From positions 1 through 25,001 of IMG/VR virus record IMGVR_UViG_3300032086_001967: DNA of 25,001 nt; one strand, given 5' to 3'. The position numbers and the translations under genes were made by a program. Under the pieces are notes generated by a model. The model ran no database searches, was not told where the DNA came from, and saw nothing but the letters and a program-made list of their open reading frames with translations. This DNA is from a virus. Lineage: Duplodnaviria; Caudoviricetes. Shown in pieces: positions 1 to 6,786 of this stretch. Each line of letters starts with the position of its first letter. Position 1 is the first letter of the stretch.

Positions 1-92
1 AAAAGATGTACTGTTTTTAGTATTACTATTCGGTACACTATATGTTTCACTAATAATATTTCACTAATGGATAAATTAATAAAAGAATTAAT

Positions 93-221
93 ATGATAAT
101 TACTAATAAAATAACAGGTAGAGATGTAACAAAAGAGTGGTTTGCGTTACTTGAAGGTATAATTACTAAAGATGAATTTGAAGTAATAACATTAACTCGT
201 CCTAAAACTAAACAACTATGA
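93..221 (+). CDS. small hypothetical protein (42 aa, MIITNKITGRDVTKEW...)
   Basis: Read by hand: ATG at 93, TGA at 219-221, ATGA overlap with the next ORF; below the ORF-track cutoff. Confidence 0.55.
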   Translation: MIITNKITGRDVTKEWFALLEGIITKDEFEVITLTRPKTKQL

Positions 222-343
222 GAAAATACTCACATAAAAAAATACTAAAACTTACTCGACAACAAATAATGTTAGTTGAAGATGAATGGTATGACAAGTT
301 TAATAGAAGTTATTACAAACAAAATACGACTTTAGCAAGATAA
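218..343 (+). CDS. small hypothetical protein (41 aa, MRKYSHKKILK...)
   Basis: ATG at 218 coupled by ATGA overlap; TAA at 341-343. Confidence 0.55.
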   Translation: MRKYSHKKILKLTRQQIMLVEDEWYDKFNRSYYKQNTTLAR

Positions 344-345
344 TA
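314..345 (+). promoter_or_regulatory. putative phage early promoter, copy 1 (TACAA-N3-AAATACG-N10-GATAATA)
   Basis: TACAAacaAAATACGactttagcaaGATAATA; one of four copies with identical spacing; just upstream of ATG 357. Confidence 0.75.
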
Positions 346-356
346 TAATAAAAAAT

Positions 357-542
357 ATGAATAAAATCAAAATCAACCAATACAACTCACTTAAACAACC
401 AACTTCTTATACATTATACTATGCAAATGGCGATGTCGAAGTAGTTAACAAAATAATAACTAGTAGTTACTATGATGGTGCTGACCAAAGTTGTCACTCA
501 TATCGCAAGTTCTACAAAATAAACAATACACTATATGCCTAA
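357..542 (+). CDS. hypothetical protein
   Basis: ORF track; directly downstream of motif copy 1; overlaps the next start. Confidence 0.65.
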   Translation: MNKIKINQYNSLKQPTSYTLYYANGDVEVVNKIITSSYYDGADQSCHSYRKFYKINNTLYA

Positions 543-774
543 ATACTACGAAGATTTAACACTAGAACAAATGTTTGAGCAATATGATCACACTCATATG
601 ATGTCAGACGACCATAGAGCGTATCAAAATGGCCAACGCCAACGCGAGATATGGATAAAAAAGATGCAAGATGAGCATGGTGGCTGGACAAAAGAACTAG
701 TCGATATGTATAACAAGCATGCGCCTGCAGGTAGGTTTCAACTTGATTGGCAATTTATAAAAATGGCGGGGTAG
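535..774 (+). CDS. hypothetical protein
   Basis: ORF track; its last codons overlap the 5' end of the tRNA. Confidence 0.7.
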   Translation: MPKYYEDLTLEQMFEQYDHTHMMSDDHRAYQNGQRQREIWIKKMQDEHGGWTKELVDMYNKHAPAGRFQLDWQFIKMAG

Positions 775-836
775 AGCAGTGGTAGCTCGTGAGGCTCATA
801 ACCTCAAGGTCGGTGGTTCGACTCCACCTCCCGCAA
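765..836 (+). tRNA. tRNA-Met(CAT), initiator (fMet)-type
   Basis: Cloverleaf: acceptor GGCGGGG/TCCCGCA with 1:72 mismatch, D stem GAGC/GCTC (A11:U24), anticodon arm TGAGG-CTCATAA-CCTCA (CAT at 797-799), T arm GGTGG-TTCGACT-CCACC; CCA not encoded. Confidence 0.95.
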
Positions 837-851
837 CTAAATTTAATAACT

Positions 852-1295
852 ATGACACACGAAAGTAAATATAAACAAGAACAAGAAGCACTTGAGAATG
901 CATTTGTAAGACAATTGCTTATTAAGTACAATATTAAAGAAGTAACTACGCAAAGACAAGCGATCAATGGTACAAGAGAATTTGAATTTCCTGTATCTTC
1001 GCTAGCACCTAATACAAGGTATGGTAGAGTAAAACCAGATAGCTTTCCTAAATTAAGATTAGCGTGTTTCAAAACAGGTTATGTAAGAAAACAAAACGGT
1101 TGCTACTCACCGTATCAACTAAACCCTACATATAAAAGAAAGAAAAAGTGGGTATTTTTAGAGTCAAATGGCACTGTAACTAAAACGTTTACCACTATAT
1201 CAAGAGCTAGAATATATAAAGGTCTTGCTAGATTAAACTATATGTTAGAATACTACTTAAGAAATTACAAACAAAATACGAATCCTGTCAGATAA
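852..1295 (+). CDS. hypothetical basic protein (about 147 aa)
   Basis: ORF track 789..1295; start moved to ATG 852 because 789 lies inside the tRNA. Confidence 0.7.
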   Translation: MTHESKYKQEQEALENAFVRQLLIKYNIKEVTTQRQAINGTREFEFPVSSLAPNTRYGRVKPDSFPKLRLACFKTGYVRKQNGCYSPYQLNPTYKRKKKWVFLESNGTVTKTFTTISRARIYKGLARLNYMLEYYLRNYKQNTNPVR

Positions 1296-1297
1296 TA
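1266..1297 (+). promoter_or_regulatory. putative phage early promoter, copy 2
   Basis: TACAAacaAAATACGaatcctgtcaGATAATA, just upstream of ATG 1305. Confidence 0.75.
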
Positions 1298-1304
1298 TAT
1301 ACGA

Positions 1305-1517
1305 ATGACAAAATGTAAATGTAAAAATATAATACCTCCGCAGCGCCTCGCACTAGGTTATACCTCTTGCGTCGACTGTTCGACCACTGAACCATATGGC
1401 TGTGTGGCAATCACATACCATAAAACCGGCAATACTATTCAAATTATGCCAAAAAGTCAGGCGAAACGTGTAAGAAAGCTTGGCGCTAGACGAGGTTATG
1501 GAACATGCTTAAGATAA
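1305..1517 (+). CDS. DksA/TraR-like C4 zinc-finger protein
   Basis: CKC-x2-IIPPQRLAL-x4-CVDC resembles the C..C...I...RL......C..C TraR/DksA finger. Confidence 0.6.
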   Translation: MTKCKCKNIIPPQRLALGYTSCVDCSTTEPYGCVAITYHKTGNTIQIMPKSQAKRVRKLGARRGYGTCLR

Positions 1518-1521
1518 TAAT

Positions 1522-1740
1522 ATGGCAAAAATAAAACAAATGGACATAGTAGCAGAAGAAATAGCTACAGATATACTAGAAGAAATATACAAACATAGTG
1601 ATTGGCAAATCGGCCAGTTCTTACCAGAATCTTGTGAGGGCGATGAATACAATGATGCTCATAGTTACCTCGTAAAGCTGGTCGCTCGCCACATCGCTAT
1701 TAAAACAGATGTAATAACTAACCAATACTACGATGAGTGA
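1522..1740 (+). CDS. hypothetical acidic protein
   Basis: ORF track; tight packing with neighbours. Confidence 0.7.
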   Translation: MAKIKQMDIVAEEIATDILEEIYKHSDWQIGQFLPESCEGDEYNDAHSYLVKLVARHIAIKTDVITNQYYDE

Positions 1741-1975
1741 TTCAATAAAAGCATGGTATGACATGCAAGACGAAGAAAAATTAAAGACTATCGAAGAGTC
1801 TAATGAAAGAAGATATTTATGGGTACTAGACTTTGAAGAAGCCAGAGTATTCATGTATAACATTAACAGAACAGATTTAGAACATGAGCATTATGAAGAT
1901 ATAATGAAACTAAAAGGTCATAATCCAAATAATTGCGAGTGGATGATTTGCAAGTCAGATCAAATCTATAAATAG
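1733..1975 (+). CDS. hypothetical protein
   Basis: ORF track; the G of its TAG stop is the first base of the tmRNA-like RNA. Confidence 0.7.
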   Translation: MSDSIKAWYDMQDEEKLKTIEESNERRYLWVLDFEEARVFMYNINRTDLEHEHYEDIMKLKGHNPNNCEWMICKSDQIYK

Positions 1976-2047
1976 GGAGTGATAAGGTGAGCGACAACCG
2001 CGGCGAAAGCAAAGGTGTCAACGGCGGTTCGATTCCGCCCACTTCCA
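1975..2047 (+). ncRNA. tRNA-like RNA resembling an isolated tmRNA tRNA-like domain (alanine identity, no mRNA-like domain)
   Basis: Acceptor stem GGGAGTG/CACTTCC with G3.U70 and A73; T arm GGCGG-TTCGATT-CCGCC; stemless D loop ATAAGGTGAGC followed by GAC; short helix capped by GC-GAAA-GC; no anticodon loop. Confidence 0.75.
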
Positions 2048-2052
2048 CTAAA

Positions 2053-2131
2053 TACCGGCCTAACAGTAAATCGACGCCTTGGCTTCCTTAAGGTATCAGT
2101 TGTACAAAGCCAGTCGTAGTGACAGCCGGTA
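2053..2131 (+). ncRNA. putative structured RNA (interrupted long hairpin), family unknown
   Basis: Nested pairings TACCGGC/GCCGGTA, CGAC/GTCG and TGGCTT/AAGCCA in a GC-enriched intergenic gap. Confidence 0.5.
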
Positions 2132-2137
2132 AGATAT

Positions 2138-2169
2138 TACAATACAAATACGAATGTGTTTGGATAATA
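2138..2169 (+). promoter_or_regulatory. putative phage early promoter, copy 3
   Basis: TACAAtacAAATACGaatgtgtttgGATAATA, intergenic, upstream of ATG 2195. Confidence 0.75.
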
Positions 2170-2194
2170 CAATAAACAATTAAATATAATCACA

Positions 2195-2437
2195 ATGAGC
2201 AAAATTAAATCAGTTTACGACTTGCTAAAACCTTCAGTTAAATCTGAGTTGCAAGCTAGCGCTAGAAAATACTCCAGTGCTAAACTACTTAAGTATACTC
2301 TTATGTCTAAGACCCACTGGTCAGACCTTACAATGAGAGATATATCAGAGTTACTAACTTATTCTAACCTAACAGGTTACAAGCTATCAGCTTACGACTT
2401 TATGTATGGTGACAATATAATAGATGATAAACAATGA
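2195..2437 (+). CDS. hypothetical protein
   Basis: ORF track; downstream of motif copy 3; ATGA overlap with the next ORF. Confidence 0.75.
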   Translation: MSKIKSVYDLLKPSVKSELQASARKYSSAKLLKYTLMSKTHWSDLTMRDISELLTYSNLTGYKLSAYDFMYGDNIIDDKQ

Positions 2438-2910
2438 AAAATGTTTTAACACCTGATATAGTCAGAGAAGAATTAGAAAAAGACGGCATTATATTCGGCT
2501 TACGAGATGAAGATGCTGCAGAAAAATTACTAGAGTATTTTGAAAATGACTTTGGTAGCACTATAGATTACGAATCATCATGGGCCAAAGGTCATGAAGG
2601 TTTACTAATATACACACAAAGTACCGCTGATTCATATGATTTATATGTGTGCACTAATACACACGGTAATGATATATATTGGGACAGTGATGTATTCTAT
2701 TACGAAGACCATAACACGTTTTCTGAAAGAGCTATTGAACAGTTAGCTTCTGGTTCAGATGTGTGGGTTGATCCTTCTATATGGGATGAGATGGAGTATG
2801 AATTTAATGCTCATTGCACTGATGCATATGAAGATTATTACAGTGAATTATTTGATGATAAAAAAGAACAATTATTAGAATCAGGAAAATATGATAGATA
2901 TGAAGACTAA
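2434..2910 (+). CDS. hypothetical, highly acidic protein
   Basis: ORF track, 158 aa, D/E/Y-rich. Confidence 0.8.
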   Translation: MKNVLTPDIVREELEKDGIIFGLRDEDAAEKLLEYFENDFGSTIDYESSWAKGHEGLLIYTQSTADSYDLYVCTNTHGNDIYWDSDVFYYEDHNTFSERAIEQLASGSDVWVDPSIWDEMEYEFNAHCTDAYEDYYSELFDDKKEQLLESGKYDRYED

Positions 2911-3175
2911 ACAAGAAAAACCTAAATGGTTTAAAGGCGCTTGGTATAAAACAGGTGATATTGTAGAAAATCCATTTAGTGGTGAGTTCTGTGAACTAAC
3001 AGGTCCAGAATTAAGTATGTATGACTTTATCAAAGGCGCTGAATATACTATAGCAGTGACCTATAATGATGATATACTACACCCTGATACAAGTAAATTA
3101 CAAAATGAATTGTATAAAGGTATTGATTGGTTTAGATCAGAAAATCCTTCAGCTTATATGACATTACTAGATTAA
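2900..3175 (+). CDS. hypothetical phage protein
   Basis: ORF track 2891..3175; likely start ATG 2900. Confidence 0.75.
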   Translation: MKTKQEKPKWFKGAWYKTGDIVENPFSGEFCELTGPELSMYDFIKGAEYTIAVTYNDDILHPDTSKLQNELYKGIDWFRSENPSAYMTLLD

Positions 3176-3176
3176 T

Positions 3177-3491
3177 ATGACAACAGAACAATTTAATGCG
3201 TTAGTAAATGAGTTAGACTCTTACGCGCAAGAAACAATGAATAAAAAAGGTCCTGAATATACTATGCAGGATAAAGACGTGCTAAACAACTTTAAATCTA
3301 CTGCTAAAAAGCTTGGTGTAGATCCGTTGATAGTATGGTATGCTTATTTTGATAAGCAAGTTAGCTCAGTTGCTTCACATGTTAGCAATGAAGATCTGAA
3401 TAAAGCAGAGCCTATGATCAGTAGGTTCGGTGATATAATAAACTACGCAAAGCTTGGCTTCGCATTATTTAGAGAAAGAGATGATGTGTAA
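3177..3491 (+). CDS. DUF1599 / nucleotide-modification-associated domain 1-like all-alpha protein
   Basis: Pattern K-G-x-E-Y...NF...DK...D-I-I-N-Y. Confidence 0.6.
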   Translation: MTTEQFNALVNELDSYAQETMNKKGPEYTMQDKDVLNNFKSTAKKLGVDPLIVWYAYFDKQVSSVASHVSNEDLNKAEPMISRFGDIINYAKLGFALFRERDDV

Positions 3492-3645
3492 AAATGTTAT
3501 GGTGACTTTGTTGTCTCTAGTAGAAAAAGAGATGAAAAAAAGAATCGAACATTCATACTTTGAAGAAGAGTCTGACAAGTGGAGTAAGTTCCATGATTAT
3601 ATCAGAGAAATACGTTTAACAATAAATAAAGGCGGAATAAAATGA
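3481..3645 (+). CDS. hypothetical protein
   Basis: ORF track 3454..3645; likely start ATG 3481 or 3484. Confidence 0.55.
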   Translation: MMCKNVMVTLLSLVEKEMKKRIEHSYFEEESDKWSKFHDYIREIRLTINKGGIK

Positions 3646-4106
3646 GTACAAGAAATTTAACAATGATAGTTGATAGAGATTATGCAAGTCAAAACGAATT
3701 AGGTTTTGCTGCTAATCCATCAGTATATAGTGACAACAGCTATGTAAATATGTATTTACATCACGATGGTTACCCTGAATGGCAAGGTGTACAGTTAGCA
3801 AACTGGTGTCACGCTAATGCTAGACAAGATGGCTCTGCTATGGCTGCAAAGCTAGTACACGATATGTACTATGACAGTTGCTACTTATATGCAGACCATC
3901 AAAACATAGATCATAACTATACTTATACAATATGGGTAGGTGATGCTGATGATATATGGATTAGTTGCTGGAATCAGTATACTAGCAAATGTGTATTTGT
4001 ACTAAAACCAGAAAAGATTATATCTAAATATATGACAGATATGGAGTACACAGACTTTGCAAATAATGAAACAAGATACAAAATAAATACGGATGGATTT
4101 AGATAA
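3642..4106 (+). CDS. conserved phage hypothetical protein (YxHxDGYP motif)
   Basis: MSTR... start and YLHHDGYPEWQG motif, recalled from an uncharacterised phage family. Confidence 0.75.
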   Translation: MSTRNLTMIVDRDYASQNELGFAANPSVYSDNSYVNMYLHHDGYPEWQGVQLANWCHANARQDGSAMAAKLVHDMYYDSCYLYADHQNIDHNYTYTIWVGDADDIWISCWNQYTSKCVFVLKPEKIISKYMTDMEYTDFANNETRYKINTDGFR

Positions 4107-4108
4107 TA
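4077..4108 (+). promoter_or_regulatory. putative phage early promoter, copy 4
   Basis: TACAAaatAAATACGgatggatttaGATAATA; overlaps the end of ORF 3642 and the ATG at 4093. Confidence 0.65.
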
Positions 4109-4386
4109 TAAACGATGCAACAATTGATTTGATAACCGAAGCTGTAATTAAAAAAATGCTTTACAAATTCAAACAAGAGTATCATCAACTTGAAACACCT
4201 ATGAGTATTCAAGAATTAATGAAAGGCTATATGCCATTCAGAGAAACTGAAGAAGAATATCTAATTGCTGAAATGGCTAGACTACACACGTTGTTAGCTT
4301 TATATGAAGGCAATGAAGAGTTCATGAAAGCAGCAATAATAAAAAGAAGATTAGAAATAGTAGAAAATAAATTAAACAACTTATGA
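4093..4386 (+). CDS. hypothetical protein with C-terminal UVR (UvrB/UvrC)-like motif; start uncertain
   Basis: C-terminal EEFMKAAIIKRRL resembles E-x-F/Y-E-x-A-A-x-I-R/K. Confidence 0.65.
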   Translation: MDLDNINDATIDLITEAVIKKMLYKFKQEYHQLETPMSIQELMKGYMPFRETEEEYLIAEMARLHTLLALYEGNEEFMKAAIIKRRLEIVENKLNNL

Positions 4387-5225
4387 TTAAACACAATGCA
4401 ATGTTGGCACACAAGTTCGACAAGTCTAGAGTAGACTGGAACAGCCAAAAAGTATTTATACAAGCAAAGCTCGACGGTGTTCGTTGCTTATTCACAAAAG
4501 ATGGTGCGTATTCACGTAACCACAAACAATTCATGAACGTTAGGCATATTGAAATGGCTCTCAAGCCTTTCTTCGATCAACATCCTGACGTTATACTCGA
4601 TGGCGAGTTATACAATCACAAACTAAAACATGATTTCGAAAAAATTATATCATTAGTTCGTAAACAAAAACCTACCGACACTGATAGACTAGATGCTCAG
4701 CATCTCGTACAGTTTCATGTATATGATTACTTCGATGGTACGAGGTATGATTCATATGATACTAGACGAGATCAACTTATATGTTCTGACATATATGATG
4801 CTCAAGTCAAATACGTACATGCTAAACAAGTTAGCAGTTACGAACAAGCTAGAGAAGACCATGCCACGTTCTTACTTGCTGGCTACGAAGGTAGTATCAT
4901 CAGACTAGATGGTCTATACAAACACGGTAGATCTTACGACTTAATGAAGTTCAAAGACTTTAGTGATACCGAAGCTACAATTGTTGGCTACGAAATCGGT
5001 AAAGGTAAACGTTCAGGCACGCTAGGCAAGTTCTTAATGCAAGATGACGATGGCGTTAAGTTTGGTTGCCCTCCCGGCAAAGGCTATACGTACAAAGACA
5101 TGGCAAATATGCTAGCTAATATTCAAGATTATATTGGCAAGCGTGCGACGTTTACTTATTTTCAAAGAACACAAGCAGGTTCATACAGACACCCGCTATT
5201 TAAAACAATACGTAACTATGAGTAG
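4383..5225 (+). CDS. lig: ATP-dependent DNA ligase (minimal)
   Basis: Motif I KLDGVR, III LDGELY, IIIa FHVYD, IV EGSIIR, V KFK; OB domain ending RHP. Confidence 0.95.
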   Translation: MIKHNAMLAHKFDKSRVDWNSQKVFIQAKLDGVRCLFTKDGAYSRNHKQFMNVRHIEMALKPFFDQHPDVILDGELYNHKLKHDFEKIISLVRKQKPTDTDRLDAQHLVQFHVYDYFDGTRYDSYDTRRDQLICSDIYDAQVKYVHAKQVSSYEQAREDHATFLLAGYEGSIIRLDGLYKHGRSYDLMKFKDFSDTEATIVGYEIGKGKRSGTLGKFLMQDDDGVKFGCPPGKGYTYKDMANMLANIQDYIGKRATFTYFQRTQAGSYRHPLFKTIRNYE

Positions 5226-5358
5226 AAAATTTAAAAATGATGTACTGTTTAAAGTCTCAGTAGACGTTAACGGTAAGCAAGAATATAATTTTATGGAAAA
5301 AAATTATGATCAGCTATGCGATAAGCTAACTGATGTTATGATACGAGAAACTTTATGA
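5218..5358 (+). CDS. small hypothetical protein
   Basis: 3' part of ORF 5134..5358; ATG 5218 overlaps the ligase stop. Confidence 0.55.
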   Translation: MSRKFKNDVLFKVSVDVNGKQEYNFMEKNYDQLCDKLTDVMIRETL

Positions 5359-5888
5359 ATATATTTTATTTACATAAAGATCCTTATAAAGCTGCACAGA
5401 TACAATACAATAAGCATGTGGTTAAAATGATCTTAGAATCAGCCCAGATGCTTTGTACTGCGCATCATCATTATAACAACGGAGATAATGTACCTTATAA
5501 AAAAGCACATTACAACCATCCGTCAACCATATGGTGTAGACAAAACAAAAACCATTATAGATGGTTATACAATCATATGATAGGTTTAGGCCAAGAGTAT
5601 AAAGCTAGATATGGTAAAGAACATCTTACAATAACTAAATGTAGATTACCATTATTTAAATATCCTGTTGGTATGCCAGACGGTAAGTTTAAACAACCTC
5701 CACAGGCTATGCCTGATCAGTTCAAGCGTGATTGTGCTATACACGCATACTGGTTATACTACGTGTATGACAAAAAACATATAGCGCATAACAAAGAATC
5801 ATTATATGATACTAAATACATTAAAGATAATTTTGGTTACAGCGACGATTTATCATGCTACACCGGAGCAGACGGACAGCACTCCTGA
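5355..5888 (+). CDS. pyrimidine-dimer DNA glycosylase (T4 endonuclease V-like family)
   Basis: MNIFYL...KHVVKMILESAQML...HYNHPSTIW...PQAMPD signature. Confidence 0.85.
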   Translation: MNIFYLHKDPYKAAQIQYNKHVVKMILESAQMLCTAHHHYNNGDNVPYKKAHYNHPSTIWCRQNKNHYRWLYNHMIGLGQEYKARYGKEHLTITKCRLPLFKYPVGMPDGKFKQPPQAMPDQFKRDCAIHAYWLYYVYDKKHIAHNKESLYDTKYIKDNFGYSDDLSCYTGADGQHS

Positions 5889-6159
5889 CATAACGGCTAG
5901 TAATAAAAAGATAGATCTTAGTAATCCACAAAAACATAGGTGGATAGCTGTATCAAGAGATTTAGAGGCTAAAGGTCTAACGTTTGGCGTAAAAGTCAAA
6001 GTTACTGGAGCCGGTAATCTTGACGGTATATGGACCGTACAAGACAGAATGCACCACAGGTGGTTATCACGTATTGACTTTTTAGTCAATGAAGAAATTA
6101 CAGGTGGTAAATGGGAAAATGTCAGAATCGAAATAATCGATGATGACAATAGGTTATAA
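5806..6159 (+). CDS. 3D-domain (lytic transglycosylase-like) protein
   Basis: TATIY...QTDSTPDITAS...IAVSRDL...VQDRM...RIDF. Confidence 0.75.
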   Translation: MILNTLKIILVTATIYHATPEQTDSTPDITASNKKIDLSNPQKHRWIAVSRDLEAKGLTFGVKVKVTGAGNLDGIWTVQDRMHHRWLSRIDFLVNEEITGGKWENVRIEIIDDDNRL

Positions 6160-6180
6160 GATATAATTAGTAATAGGCTA

Positions 6181-6786
6181 ATGTCACAGAATAGAAATAT
6201 AAAATGGTTAAATGATAGACGCATATTATATAGGAAAGATCCTGTTAATGATGTGCCCACTATTGAAACTGAACAATATAGATACTACGAAAATGGTACG
6301 TATGAGTGTTATCACTTGTTTAATAGCAAGGCTAAAATAACTACATACAAATCATTGAAATGGCACATGCTTGTATTATATTATCTTAACGAAGATGTAG
6401 ATTTAAGACCTGTTTTTAAATTTATAGCTAACAAAGAAAATGGTTTTGTAACCTTCTTCATTAAACAGCGACTACTAGATGAAATGATAGAAGATGTATT
6501 AAAACAAGGCGGTGACCCACCGTCAAACAAGCTACGTAAAGTAGTGTTTAAAGATTATTCAGGTTTAGACTTGAGTGGTAAATTAAAAATTGTAGGTCAA
6601 CTAATAGGTAGATCTAGCATTGACAAAGATATGATATATGATACTATGTTGGATTTAAACGACATGGGTAAAAAAATAACTATCAGTCGTGTTGCTGGTT
6701 TACTTAATTGCTCTACAAGAACAATACATCGCCATATGTGTGATGATTTAAAACAAGAAAAACAAATACTAAATGAAGAAATATAA
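6181..6786 (+). CDS. DNA-binding protein with C-terminal helix-turn-helix
   Basis: KITISRVAGLLNCSTRTIHRHM HTH. Confidence 0.75.
   Translation: MSQNRNIKWLNDRRILYRKDPVNDVPTIETEQYRYYENGTYECYHLFNSKAKITTYKSLKWHMLVLYYLNEDVDLRPVFKFIANKENGFVTFFIKQRLLDEMIEDVLKQGGDPPSNKLRKVVFKDYSGLDLSGKLKIVGQLIGRSSIDKDMIYDTMLDLNDMGKKITISRVAGLLNCSTRTIHRHMCDDLKQEKQILNEEI

Noticed and set aside
789-851. 5' extension of ORF 789..1295
   Set aside because: Lies inside the tRNA gene; ATG 852 has the typical A/T-rich context
1975-2047. Ordinary tRNA-Ala or full-length/two-piece tmRNA
   Set aside because: No D stem and no 7-nt anticodon loop; no tag ORF ending in ...AA-stop or permuted partner piece found nearby
1863-2048. 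Minus-strand 61-aa ORF MEVGGIEPP...
   Set aside because: Typical antisense translation of a tRNA-like T arm; not a gene
3608-3631. Fifth promoter copy (AAATACG)
   Set aside because: Lacks both the TACAA and GATAATA boxes at the required spacing
314-4108. Repeated motif read as a CRISPR array or iterons
   Set aside because: Copies are 0.9-1.9 kb apart with variable internal spacers and sit at gene boundaries; no cas genes
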